From assembly GCA_037382065.1 (NCBI GenBank), contig JARRQF010000107.1, positions 1 through 39,459 of the forward strand: 39,459 nt of DNA. Direction: 5' to 3'. The stretch comes from Candidatus Thiodiazotropha sp. (GTDB taxonomy: Bacteria > Pseudomonadota > Gammaproteobacteria > Chromatiales > Chromatiaceae). Every line of letters begins with the position of its first letter. Position 1 is the first letter of the stretch. The notes beneath the pieces were generated by a model that was not told where the DNA came from, did not search any database, and worked only from the letters and a program-made list of their open reading frames with translations. A program made the position numbers and the translations under genes. Of the stretch, positions 27,625 through 37,970 are shown in pieces.

Positions 27625-28009
27625 GGGACTCGTCGAGATACCCACTCAATCTCAGAAAGCGGCTGGAATTCGCATGACACATTTCATGATCGTGATGTAA
27701 GTTGCGCTTACACTATTTTATATCCCCCTCACCCTGGCGCTATCCCCTTTGAGGGTGTCGCAAAAGTCGTAGGGAGGGGTTCTGTCCCACCATTAAGGGA
27801 TGAAATGTAGGATGTGGTGAGGTACGAACCGCATCATTGATGTTTGTGTGCCATCGCACTATTGATGCGGTTCGCACCGCTCACCACATCCTACGACTTT
27901 TGCGAATATTCGCGGCATGCTTTTACAACACCCTCCCTTGCGGGAGAGGGCAGGGATGAGGGGGATCCAATAACCGCTAAGTTTGCTAAACTTCTCAACC
28001 AAACCTAAA
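27625..28009. mobile_element. Element D-type composite with REP doublet
   Basis: Inverted homolog of 20683-20939; right part matches 18385-18500. Confidence 0.85.
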
Positions 28010-28237
28010 CACTCCGATCTGGAGCGCTTGAAGGACCTGGATGTTATGGTTGATTTTATAAGTCAACACCCTATCGTTGCGAGCAGGCTGGTATCGATTA
28101 ATATGAAAAGTTACACCATCTATTTTGATGATTACTGCGAAGCGGTTTTTGCTAGACAATCGACCAATATTCATCCCGGTTGGGCTGGCCCTGCGAGTGC
28201 TCTGGAATTTCAGCGTGCCACTTGCCCTGTTGACTGA
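28010..28237 (+). pseudogene. 5'-truncated small hypothetical protein
   Basis: Protein-like KDLDVMVDFI...PGWAGPA..LEF...CP; ORF start lies in the repeat. Confidence 0.5.
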
Positions 28238-28361
28238 AAAGAGAGGAGCGACAGGAATAAATGCGCAAATAACGGGTCCAGAACACGCTTTGCTCTAATA
28301 TAATATTACTCTATCATCGTACAGCGTAATGGGCAGATAAGAAGTAGTCAAACTTTCCTTA

Positions 28362-28586
28362 TAGAAACCAATCGCCACAAAAATATTGCGAAGTATTTAG
28401 GTTTGGTTGAGAAGTTTAGCGAGCTCAGCGGTTATTGGACCCCCCTCAGGATGCGGTGAGCGGTGCGAACCGCATCAATAGTGGGGTGGCTCACGAACAT
28501 CCATGATGCGGTTCGTACCTCACCACATCCTACGTTTCATCCCTTAATGGTGGGACAGAACCCTCCTACGACTTTTGCGACACCCT
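28362..28586. repeat. D-arm fragment plus REP doublet
   Basis: Matches 18450-18535 (inverted) and 20686-20826. Confidence 0.85.
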
Positions 28587-28648
28587 TGACCAGCAAGGAT
28601 GTGTGTCACGAGAAGCTTATCGGCTATTGTGGCAGAGATTTCAACTAG

Positions 28649-28821
28649 TGTGGTGCTTCATACAAATTGACGATGATAGAAGCCTGCTCAGGCCAGGAGA
28701 CAAGGCGCAATGCGCAGGGAATGGCTCGCCCTTTTCAAGCATTGCAACGCAGTATCCTGCGCGCCTAGCGACTAACCGCTTAGCGTCACGCTATCATCGT
28801 CAATTTGTATGAAGCACCACA
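28649..28821. mobile_element. MITE-B full copy (173 bp)
   Basis: TIRs; CTAG 28645-28648 and 28822-28825. Confidence 0.93.
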
Positions 28822-30687
28822 CTAGAGCTTAAAGCACTCAATCAGGGTAGTTAGCCGCTTTGTCCACTCCTGCATTCCTTGGCTGGCAGCTGAGGTCTGT
28901 CGGGCACCCACAGCACTCTGTTCGGAGATTTGCGTGATGCTGCTGATGTTGTGGCTGATCTCTTCCGCTACCATTCGTTGCTCTTCCGATGCGCCTGCAA
29001 TCTGAACATTCATTTCATTGATCGTGCTCACTGCGCGGGTAATGGTCTCTAACGACTGGCCTGTCTGATTGGCTTGCTGTACGGTATTGCTGACCTGCTC
29101 CAGGCTTTGTTCCATGGTTGTCACGGCTTGCTGTGCGCCCAGTTGCAGCCGTTCAATCATTTTCTGAATATCATGGGTCGACTTTTGAGTGCGGCTCGCA
29201 AGGGTTCTTACTTCATCGGCAACCACTGCAAAACCTCGTCCTTGTTCACCGGCCCGAGCTGCTTCGATGGCAGCGTTTAGGGCCAGCAGATTGGTCTGCT
29301 CGGCAATGCTGCGAATGACATCCAACACACCGCCGATATTATTGCTTTCGGTGTGCAGCTTCTGGATTACTTCAGTTGCATTATGGATGTTAAGAGAAAG
29401 CTGGTTGATGGAGTCAATCGTGCCTTGAACGACGCTTCTACCACTGCTGGCATCATGGTCCGCATCCCGGGCAGCATTGGCTGCCTGTTCTGCATTCCGT
29501 GCTACATCCTGAACCGTGGTAGTCATTTCGCGCATGGCGTTGGCTACCTGTTCAGTTTCAACGGATTGCTGTTCAATCCCGGATGAGGTCTGGATGGCTA
29601 TCTCTTGCATTTCAAACGCCGATTTTGAAAGATTATCTCCCATGCTTCTGAACTGGCTGACAATATCTCTTAAGCTGTCAACCATCTTTAACATGGATGC
29701 CATCAATCGACCGATTTCGTCATTTGTGGTGTGTTGAACATCATGGGAAAGGTCTCCTTCAGCAATGAATTCCAAGGTGGTTACCGCTTCCTCAAGGGGC
29801 TTAAAGGCTTTGCGGATATACCAGGTCATTCCGGCAGCGATAAGGATGAAACCTGCAAGTACAACCAGATAGCTTATGAGTTTGCTTTGTTGCTGATACG
29901 AATAGCTTTCGGTGTAATCATGTGAGCTGATTAAATTTGCGGTGGAGCTATTTGTTGAATCTAGGATTTCAGTGATAGCTAGTGCGTACGTTTTGCCCTC
30001 AGCATTATTGACCTGGAAACCCTCGTCTTCAGTCTGGATTTTCTCTATCCCTAAGTTATCAAACAGTTGTGGGTTGGTGGAATAGTCCTGTGCGCCATTT
30101 TTACCGATGATCAATACATCGGAATGAGTACTCTTCTGCAATGATATGGCTGCACTTTCCACGTTTCTAATGTAGACAGCGATACCAATCGGTTTGCCGC
30201 GGGTAACCAGTGGAAAAGCCAATACCACATCCAGTTCGCCACTCTCTCCGCGTTCAATTCCGCGCATGATTTTACCTTCTGAGAGTGTTTGTTGGACCAG
30301 TGTTGAGCGGCTTTTTCCTTGGTAGGTCTGTGGTGCTGAAAAGAGTATATTATTATCAAGATCGAGCAGCTGCATCTTGGTGATGATATTCGATGTACTC
30401 AAGCGTCTGTAGGCCGGAGCCGCGACCTTTTTCAATAGCTCAATATTCTTATTGGCTACCGCCTTGCGGATCTCCCGGTCTCGGGTAATCCCGGACATGC
30501 CTGTTTCCATAGCGTCGTGCTGGCTTTCAATGATTTTCGTCCACAGTAGCTGCTGGCTTTGTAAGGTTGCATTGACGAATCGATCCTGAATTTGGTTCTG
30601 CATGATTCTTCCTGAAATGAAAAGAACCAGACTGATAATAAGCGTGCTGACAACGGCTGTCAGGATAATTCGTGTACGCAGCAGCAT
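28822..30687 (-). CDS. Methyl-accepting chemotaxis protein (Cache-like sensor, HAMP)
   Basis: 2 TM; [34 protein letters not shown]. Confidence 0.95.
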   Translation of the reverse strand: MLLRTRIILTAVVSTLIISLVLFISGRIMQNQIQDRFVNATLQSQQLLWTKIIESQHDAMETGMSGITRDREIRKAVANKNIELLKKVAAPAYRRLSTSNIITKMQLLDLDNNILFSAPQTYQGKSRSTLVQQTLSEGKIMRGIERGESGELDVVLAFPLVTRGKPIGIAVYIRNVESAAISLQKSTHSDVLIIGKNGAQDYSTNPQLFDNLGIEKIQTEDEGFQVNNAEGKTYALAITEILDSTNSSTANLISSHDYTESYSYQQQSKLISYLVVLAGFILIAAGMTWYIRKAFKPLEEAVTTLEFIAEGDLSHDVQHTTNDEIGRLMASMLKMVDSLRDIVSQFRSMGDNLSKSAFEMQEIAIQTSSGIEQQSVETEQVANAMREMTTTVQDVARNAEQAANAARDADHDASSGRSVVQGTIDSINQLSLNIHNATEVIQKLHTESNNIGGVLDVIRSIAEQTNLLALNAAIEAARAGEQGRGFAVVADEVRTLASRTQKSTHDIQKMIERLQLGAQQAVTTMEQSLEQVSNTVQQANQTGQSLETITRAVSTINEMNVQIAGASEEQRMVAEEISHNISSITQISEQSAVGARQTSAASQGMQEWTKRLTTLIECFKL

Positions 30688-30896
30688 GTTAGACCCTTCA
30701 ATTGTTTAGGCCAGTTGTTCGGGACTCGGAAATGCATTTCACCTAATATGCGCAGGATAAATGGCACTGCTTCTGGCGTGATAGATGTCATTCCCGTTGT
30801 GTCATCCAGGTGGTTATCGGCGTTTACTTGATTACGTGGGTTTTGTCAGGAATGATGCCTGGTTTATATCAACCCCGAACAACCGATTGTGGTTAT

Positions 30897-31307
30897 CTAT
30901 TCAGTGGGATAGCCAGCGGCTTGCCAGGCGGGAAATCCATCTCGAAAGTAGTAAACGTTGGTGTATCCCCAATCGACGGCAAGTTTACAGACTTCTGCAG
31001 AGCGTAGGCACTTGGGTCCGTTGCAGTAAAACACAATGGGATCATTTTTTTCTGCATGTTCAGCAAGGGATGCTTCGCTGAAAACGGATTTCATCTCCAG
31101 ACTTAAGGCATCCGGAATGCGTCCGGCATCGAAGTCGGAGATGCGTCTTGGATCGACAAACAGAACACCCTGATCAAAAAGCTCTTTTGCTTTGACCGCA
31201 TCCACGGTTGTGGCCCCGTCAACCTTCAACGGAGCTTCATCGGCGAACAGATTGGTTGATATGAAGATGAGCAGTAAGGTTGGAATAAGTTTAGCAAGAT
31301 ATTTCAT
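30897..31307 (-). CDS. Exported single-domain rhodanese
   Basis: Signal peptide; FVDPR, GRIPDA, FYCNGPKC, DGFPAW. Confidence 0.88.
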   Translation of the reverse strand: MKYLAKLIPTLLLIFISTNLFADEAPLKVDGATTVDAVKAKELFDQGVLFVDPRRISDFDAGRIPDALSLEMKSVFSEASLAEHAEKNDPIVFYCNGPKCLRSAEVCKLAVDWGYTNVYYFRDGFPAWQAAGYPTE

Positions 31308-31531
31308 CCTATACTCCTTATGTTGTTAAGAAAGTTATTCTTATTGCTAAAGCGCCTTGCTTTGCATTCTGTGAGCTTATCGTCAGATGTGAGATTATCT
31401 TTAGAACAGTGCAATAATTTGGTGAGTTTCATATCAAAAGGGCGTATTTATTTTACTGTGAAGTCTCGATATGACGGTGTCAGAGATTTATTTGGCTCTT
31501 CACCAGATGCCTCTGGTGGGAGGGCTTACAT

Positions 31532-31595
31532 CAACGCGCAATAGCCCGCTATTTCAAGGAGTTGCAACGCTGCCATGTGCCGCCACAAGCGTGCC
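31532..31595. repeat. MITE-A internal fragment
   Basis: AATAGCCCGCTATTTCAAGGAGTTGCAACGCTGCCATGTGCCGCCACAAGCGTGCC. Confidence 0.8.
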
Positions 31596-31772
31596 GATGG
31601 TATCAGCGTGACCTATGATAGTGATGCCATGTAGCAGATCATTCTCCTCGACACGGCATTGAGTTAATGGAATGGCACAATCCTGGTGAATTTGCACCGG
31701 CTTGTGGGTATATTGAACCAACTGACCATCCAATGATGGCGTATTGTCGTGATAGTACGCCGTTTTCCGGCC

Positions 31773-31788
31773 CGGCATGTGGTTTGCA
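31773..31788 (+). promoter_or_regulatory. sigma54 promoter upstream of the kinase operon
   Basis: CGGCATGTGGTTTGCA (GG-N10-GC); operon encodes a sigma54 activator. Confidence 0.6.
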
Positions 31789-31889
31789 AATACAATCCCA
31801 AGGTATGCCGTGAACCCATATTCACACACATATGGGGCCAGATATTCGTGATGACAGGAGTGACTCAACCCATGCAAAAGGTGAATCAG

Positions 31890-33362
31890 ATGCCTTTCGG
31901 GCGCAATGCCATGCAACGCTTTTTTTGGTTGCCTCTTGGATTCTCTGTGCTGCTGGTTGCCTTTGCCCTGACCGGACTGGTGGCGATGTCCTGGCGCAGT
32001 CTTGATCGGTTACGCCCGGTTCAGGAGCATTTGCGGTACATAAGACAGATCGAGAATGTTGGGCTGAGTCTGGAGCAGTCCCTGTTGAAGGCCCTGCAAG
32101 GCGTCTCCCTGGAGCCCCAGGAACTGAATAAACTCAGACAACAGGTGGTGCAGATATCGCGCCTGGAAGGCATTCTGCATTCCGAGACTTCGGATCTGCT
32201 CGGCCGCATCCTTACCCAGCTTGAGAACAGCGCTCCAAACCGCATGCAGATGCTGCTTGATGCGCTGAGCCAATTGCGCAAGGCGCTTGCCAATGAACGC
32301 GATGTGCATGATGGGCTTTTATCGGATGTGGTGCAGAGTACCCATCTGGAATTCCGCCTCGCCATGGTACTGATGGTGGGGCTGCCGCTGGTGGGTGGCG
32401 TTGCCTTGTTTTTGCTATTGCATCGAACTAAGCAACCCCTCAAGGATCTCCAGGATCTGCTCAACCGGCTCGGTGGAAGGGAGTTCAAACCGGTACCTGA
32501 AGATCAGTTGAATCAAACCGCCCGGCTGGCTCGCCCCGCCTTCAATAGTTACAACACCCTGGTGTCCCGCTTGCAGGAACTCGAAGCCGAACATCAGGAT
32601 CGGGAACGACTGCTGGAACAGCGGGTGCGTGAGGCCACCATGGCATTGCTGACCCAGAGCCGGGAATTATCCCGTGCGGAGCGGCTTGCGGCAGTAGGGG
32701 CGGTTTCCGCTGGATTTGCCCATGAGCTACGCAATCCCCTGGCCGGTATCCAACTGGCCTGTTCCAAGGTGCAGCAGTTTGTGGGGGAGGGAGAGCAGGG
32801 AAACCGCATCGCCGCAGTAATCAACGAACTCAAACGCATCAATAATCTACTGACCCAACAGGTGGATCTGGCACGTCATGCACCGGAGCCCTACGTGGAA
32901 ACGGTGATTGCCCAGACCGTCAATGAGCTGCTCGGATTGGTTCGCTACCAGGTTCCCGAGGGTGTGTCGCTCAGTTCCCAGATTGCGGCGGATCTGATCT
33001 GTCTTCTACCCGTTGCAGGGCTACGTCAGGCGCTGCTTAACTTGGTGCTGAATGCCGTACAGATTCAAGGTGATCAGGGCAGCGTCCACATCAGCGCGGA
33101 ATGCAAAGCGGGGCAACTGGTGATTCAGATTCAAGATAATGGTCCCGGGTTTTCCGAGGAGATGCTACGCATTGGCATCCGGCCCTTCGCCACAGGACGT
33201 GATGGAGGAAGCGGACTGGGACTTGCCATGGTGCGGCGTTTCGTGCGGGATCATGACGGTGATCTCCGTCTCAGTAATTCGTCCCACGGTGGCGGCTGTG
33301 TGACCCTACATCTACCCTGCGGTCTGCCCAAACAACCCAATGGAGAGGATACCTGTGCCTGA
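31890..33362 (+). CDS. Sensor histidine kinase (NtrB-like)
   Basis: 2 TM; AHELRNPL, NLVLNA, DNGPG, GSGLGL; start uncertain (31890 or 31911). Confidence 0.9.
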   Translation: MPFGRNAMQRFFWLPLGFSVLLVAFALTGLVAMSWRSLDRLRPVQEHLRYIRQIENVGLSLEQSLLKALQGVSLEPQELNKLRQQVVQISRLEGILHSETSDLLGRILTQLENSAPNRMQMLLDALSQLRKALANERDVHDGLLSDVVQSTHLEFRLAMVLMVGLPLVGGVALFLLLHRTKQPLKDLQDLLNRLGGREFKPVPEDQLNQTARLARPAFNSYNTLVSRLQELEAEHQDRERLLEQRVREATMALLTQSRELSRAERLAAVGAVSAGFAHELRNPLAGIQLACSKVQQFVGEGEQGNRIAAVINELKRINNLLTQQVDLARHAPEPYVETVIAQTVNELLGLVRYQVPEGVSLSSQIAADLICLLPVAGLRQALLNLVLNAVQIQGDQGSVHISAECKAGQLVIQIQDNGPGFSEEMLRIGIRPFATGRDGGSGLGLAMVRRFVRDHDGDLRLSNSSHGGGCVTLHLPCGLPKQPNGEDTCA

Positions 33363-34755
33363 TACCCTGCTGATCATTGAGGATGAGGCGCTGCTGGGTG
33401 CCGAACTGTGTGACGAATTTGCCAGCGCCGGCTGGGAAACCCATCTGGTTGCAGATCTGGCCAAAGCGGAAAGCATCCTATTCGAACAGAACATGGAACC
33501 CTTGGTGGTGCTTTCCGATATGAACCTGCCGGATGGCAATGCTCTGGATCTCTTGGAGAAGGTACGCCAGCGGAGGATTTCCGGGGAGTGGATCCTTCTG
33601 ACCGCATACGGTGGTGTACCGGAATCTGTGCGGGCACTCAAACTCGGAGCCTATGATTTTTTGGAAAAGCCTTGTGATCAGGAGCGTCTGCAACTGGTGG
33701 TGACGGGTGCTGCACGCAGTTCCCGCGCACAGCGGCGTTTGCGTGACGAGGGACGGGAGCGGGGCAGTCACTTTTCACCCCAAGCCTTTCTTGGTCATAG
33801 CGATGGGGCACAAGAGGTGCGCGAACTGCTGACTCGCTTGGCCAGAGTGCCGTTCTCGGCCGTACTGCTCACCGGTGAGACCGGCACAGGGAAAGGTTTG
33901 GTAGCAAGGATTCTTCACTACGCCAGTCCACGAGCCGATGGCCCCCTGGTTGAAGTTAACTGTGCTGCCTTGCCAAGAGAATTGCTGGAATCCGAACTCT
34001 TCGGCCATGAAGCGGGCGCCTTCACCGGGGCCAAGGGACGACGTCGCGGTCTCATCGAACAGGCCCATGACGGTACCCTGTTCTTGGATGAACTGGGTGA
34101 ACTCGACCTTGATCTGCAGGCGAAACTGCTCAAGGCCATCGAGGATCGCCGGGTACGTCGGGTGGGTGGCGATCGGGAACTGCAGGTCAATGTACAGGTG
34201 ATCGCAGCCACCAATCAGGACCTGCCATCACGCATTTCTGAAGGAGAGTTTCGCGCCGACCTGTACCATCGACTTGCGGTGTTTCGGCTTGAGGTTCCTC
34301 CGCTGCGGGAACGCAAACAGGATCTGGAAGATCTATTGCCGGTGTTCATCGAAGAGTTTAATGCCCGCTCCGGGCAGAAGGTGTCCTCGGTACCAGACTC
34401 GGTTTGGCAACGTCTGGGCGGTTACGAGTGGCCGGGCAATGTGCGTGAATTACGCAACCTTGTAGAACGTTGCGTGTTGTTGGCCGACGGGTCGGTGTTT
34501 CCCGAGCGTTGGCTGCACCTGGGTGAAACGGAGTCGATGAATCAGGTTCATCCAACGTCTTCACAGGCCGAAGGAGATCGGATCTGCCTACCTCTCGATG
34601 GCAGCGTGAGTTTGGACGATATGGAACGCTTCATTCTCACAGAAGCGCTCTCACGCCATGATGACAATGTCAGCCTGACCGCTCGGGTACTTGGCACGAC
34701 ACGTGAGAAACTTCGCTATCGGGTACAGAAGTACGGGTTGATCACCAAAGATTGA
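33340..34755 (+). CDS. sigma54-dependent response regulator (NtrC family)
   Basis: Receiver; GETGTGK; GAFTGA; WPGNVREL; Fis HTH; GTG 33355 is an alternative start. Confidence 0.93.
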   Translation: MERIPVPDTLLIIEDEALLGAELCDEFASAGWETHLVADLAKAESILFEQNMEPLVVLSDMNLPDGNALDLLEKVRQRRISGEWILLTAYGGVPESVRALKLGAYDFLEKPCDQERLQLVVTGAARSSRAQRRLRDEGRERGSHFSPQAFLGHSDGAQEVRELLTRLARVPFSAVLLTGETGTGKGLVARILHYASPRADGPLVEVNCAALPRELLESELFGHEAGAFTGAKGRRRGLIEQAHDGTLFLDELGELDLDLQAKLLKAIEDRRVRRVGGDRELQVNVQVIAATNQDLPSRISEGEFRADLYHRLAVFRLEVPPLRERKQDLEDLLPVFIEEFNARSGQKVSSVPDSVWQRLGGYEWPGNVRELRNLVERCVLLADGSVFPERWLHLGETESMNQVHPTSSQAEGDRICLPLDGSVSLDDMERFILTEALSRHDDNVSLTARVLGTTREKLRYRVQKYGLITKD

Positions 34756-34854
34756 AACGTAAATACACCATAAAATCGGAAGGTTGCTGTGAGAGCTTTG
34801 AAATCGAATCGGTCTAACCCTGTCACAGCACCTTACACTGGTGTAGGTAAGCAG

Positions 34855-35103
34855 ATGATTCTTAGGGATTTTCTAGCCATTGATCGGACCCGTCTGGCCA
34901 ATGAACGGACGCTCTTGTCCTGGTATCGAACCGCCCTGATGATGCTTGTCTCGGGTATCACCCTGTTAAAACTCTTCGAGGGTATCCTATTGATGGAACT
35001 GCTCGGGGGGATACTCATACCCGTCAGTATTGGGGTGATCATCTGGGGTTCACACCGCTATTTGCAAACCCGTAAGTCGATCCAGTCGGCAATCGATCGT
35101 TAG
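34855..35103 (+). CDS. DUF202/YidH-like small membrane protein
   Basis: LRDFLAIDRTRLANERTLLSWYRT. Confidence 0.82.
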   Translation: MILRDFLAIDRTRLANERTLLSWYRTALMMLVSGITLLKLFEGILLMELLGGILIPVSIGVIIWGSHRYLQTRKSIQSAIDR

Positions 35104-35195
35104 CGACCAGGTTTATCACCTGGTTGATACACACCAGTCAATCGAAATTTCGCAGGCTTGATTACTTGCGGTGAAACACAACAGGAGAGAGATAG

Positions 35196-36209
35196 ATGCA
35201 ACTGGGTATGATTGGATTGGGGCGGATGGGCGCCAACATGGTTTGCCGGCTGGTAGCGGATGGTCACCGTTGCGTGGTGTACGATCACTCAGCCGAAGCG
35301 GTTGAAAAGCTGAAAAGCGAATCTGTCCAGGGATGTGCAACACCGGATGAATTCGTGCAACTACTTGAGTCGCCCCGGGTGATCTGGATGATGGTTCCTG
35401 CAGCCGTGGTGGATGATCTGCTCACAGATCTCATGCCAAAACTGCAGGTTGGTGATGTACTCATCGACGGAGGTAATAGCTACTATAAAGACGATATCCA
35501 GCGTGCCCAGCGGTTGGCAAAGAAGGGTATTCACTATTTGGATGTGGGCACCAGTGGCGGGGTACATGGACGTGAGCGGGGCTACTGCCTGATGATTGGT
35601 GGCGAACCGCAGATCGTCGACGCAGTCGCACCTCTGTTCCGAACCCTGGCCCCAGGTTTTCAAGAGCCTCGCACGCCTGGAAATATGGGGAATCCCACGT
35701 CCGCAGAGGAGGGGTGGCTGCACTGTGGACCAGCCGGTGCCGGCCACTTTGTCAAAATGGTACACAATGGCATCGAGTATGGTTTGATGGCCGCTTATGC
35801 AGAAGGCTTCAACATTCTCCGGCATGCTGGTATTGGTCAGCAGGCCCAGGAGAAGGATGCGGAGACCGCGCCTGTAGCGCATCGGGGAGACTATCAATAT
35901 GATATCGATATCGCCCAGGTCAGCGAGGTCTGGCGGCGTGGCAGTGTCATTGCATCCTGGCTGCTGGATCTTACGGCTGAAGCCTTGCGTCAGGACCCGC
36001 AGCTAGAGGGATTTTCCGGAAGGGTCTCAGATTCTGGGGAAGGGCGCTGGACGGCCATGGCGGCGATTGAGACCGGGACCCCCGCCCCAGTATTGGCATC
36101 GGCCCTATTTGCTCGGTTCGACTCCCAGGGTGAGTCCGATCTTGCCCAGCGTATGTTGTCAGCTATGCGCTGGGGGTTTGGTGGGCATGAGGAGAAGACC
36201 AATACCTGA
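35196..36209 (+). CDS. gnd: 6-phosphogluconate dehydrogenase, decarboxylating (short YqeC type)
   Basis: GLGRMG, IDGGNS, DVGTSGG, KMVHNGIEYG, DSGEGRW, FGGH. Confidence 0.93.
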   Translation: MQLGMIGLGRMGANMVCRLVADGHRCVVYDHSAEAVEKLKSESVQGCATPDEFVQLLESPRVIWMMVPAAVVDDLLTDLMPKLQVGDVLIDGGNSYYKDDIQRAQRLAKKGIHYLDVGTSGGVHGRERGYCLMIGGEPQIVDAVAPLFRTLAPGFQEPRTPGNMGNPTSAEEGWLHCGPAGAGHFVKMVHNGIEYGLMAAYAEGFNILRHAGIGQQAQEKDAETAPVAHRGDYQYDIDIAQVSEVWRRGSVIASWLLDLTAEALRQDPQLEGFSGRVSDSGEGRWTAMAAIETGTPAPVLASALFARFDSQGESDLAQRMLSAMRWGFGGHEEKTNT

Positions 36210-36257
36210 AAATAGCCGGATATCAGGGAAATTATTTTTTTGACTGGTCCGTTTTAA

Positions 36258-36545
36258 CCTAAAAAGATCAGTTGGACGACGTGAAGAGTGCGCTTGTGGT
36301 GGTGCAGGGCAAGGGTCGCTCCTGCACATCCATGTGCCCGCGACACTTGTGCATCCATGCACAGCGCGCAACGACGCGGAATAGCCCGCTATTCCAAGGA
36401 GTTGCAACGCCGCCCTGTGCCGCCACAAGCGTGCCATTCACGTTGTAGCGTAATTCACCCAGTAGGTAACCATAACCATCGAAGCTATTTTCTTTAAAAT
36501 CAGAAACCTGTTATTAGAATGGAGCGGTCAACTGATTTTTTTAGG
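36258..36545. mobile_element. MITE-A full copy (288 bp)
   Basis: TIRs; TTTAA at 36253-36257 and 36546-36550. Confidence 0.93.
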
Positions 36546-36716
36546 TTTAATCTTGGCGATAAATTGATTGAGCTTAACCTCAATGCCAGGTTCGCTTCTG
36601 GATGAAACGGCAGTACTGACCTGTATGAGTTATATGGCCTTCTTTGAACCAGCAAGCTCTAGAGGAGGCTATTCTCCTCCTACAACGATAGAAATAATTC
36701 ATTATATATTGGCATT

Positions 36717-37403
36717 ATGAACCGTAAAAATAAATTAGTAGTCTTTGATATTGATGGTACGTTAGTTGACAGTAAGAAATTGCACCATTCTGCACTAATC
36801 AAAACGCTAAATGGTTATAAATTCAAAAGGCTAAATTTAGACTTCGCTAGCTATAAACACCATACTGACTCTTGGATCGTCAAGGAAATATTTAAAGAGA
36901 ATGGTAAAGAATTCAAAAGTGAAAAATTAACATTTATATCAACAATGGTTAGGCATTTTAATAATCAAATAGCAATTAATGACCTATCTGTCATTTTAGG
37001 TGCCAATGAGTTTATAGATTATTTACACCAAAATACGGATTGGGGTGTATGCTTTGCAACAGGCTCATTTGGCGATCTTGCCAATATAAAATTATCAAGA
37101 GCTTGCATAAATTACAATGAAAGTCTTTTAGTTCATGCTGATGAGCATTACTCACGTGAAGATATAGTGAATAGTGCGATTTCTAAATCAAAAAAATATT
37201 ATGGCATAGATGATTTTACTACCATCGTTTCTATGGGTGATGGCGTTTGGGATAAATATACCGCAGATAATTTGGGACTTGAATTTATTGGTATCTCTGA
37301 TTCCTGCCATTCAAAAACACTTGTCGATGCAGGTGCCAAACAGATTTTTACAAATTTTAAAAATATAAAAAATATCCTAATGGTTTTATCTGAGTTTAAA
37401 TAA
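36717..37403 (+). CDS. HAD-superfamily hydrolase
   Basis: FDIDGTL, ATGS, GDGVWD; AT-rich. Confidence 0.88.
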   Translation: MNRKNKLVVFDIDGTLVDSKKLHHSALIKTLNGYKFKRLNLDFASYKHHTDSWIVKEIFKENGKEFKSEKLTFISTMVRHFNNQIAINDLSVILGANEFIDYLHQNTDWGVCFATGSFGDLANIKLSRACINYNESLLVHADEHYSREDIVNSAISKSKKYYGIDDFTTIVSMGDGVWDKYTADNLGLEFIGISDSCHSKTLVDAGAKQIFTNFKNIKNILMVLSEFK

Positions 37404-37420
37404 TTTACATAATAAAACGA

Positions 37421-37657
37421 TTTCTGATTTTAAAGAAAATAGCTTGATGGTAATGGTCACCTACTGGGTGAATCACGCTACAACGTGAATGGCACGCTTG
37501 TGGCGGCACATGGCGGCGTTGCAACGCCTTGGAATAGCGGGCTATTGTGCGTCGTTGCGCGTTGTGCATGGATGCACAAGTGTCGCGGGCACAGGGATGT
37601 GCAGGAGCGATCCTTGCCCTGCACCACCACAAGCACACTCTTCACGCTGTCCAACTA
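37421..37657. mobile_element. MITE-A with eroded ends
   Basis: A-family interior. Confidence 0.85.
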
Positions 37658-37666
37658 AAGATTTTA

Positions 37667-37704
37667 TGCACGAAAATGGGTTCTTTGTCGTGCAATTGTC
37701 CTGG
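37667..37704. repeat. Element D right-end fragment
   Basis: TGCACGAAAA...GTGCAATTGTCCTGG matches 18538-18575. Confidence 0.7.
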
Positions 37705-37970
37705 TACGTTCTTGGGTTGGTATCTCTTGGGTGGTGTTCAGCCGTTGTAGCTCTGATATCTTATATTAAGGGTAAGAAAAGATAGCTGATAGGGTCTTGA
37801 TCTCAGATCATTTTAAACAAAGTTTATGGGACTGCATGTTGTGGTTGACGAACCTCTAGCGGAGTGTGATTTCATTATTACAAAAATTGTTTCGTTTATG
37901 TTTCACGTATACGTCTCAAAATTTGTGCAATACTTAAGCATCATAGAAAAAATCATATCCAATCTAAAAA

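Noticed and set aside
31673-31687. TGGCACAATCCTGGT as a sigma54 promoter
   Set aside because: Lacks the -12 GC; the 31773 site fits better
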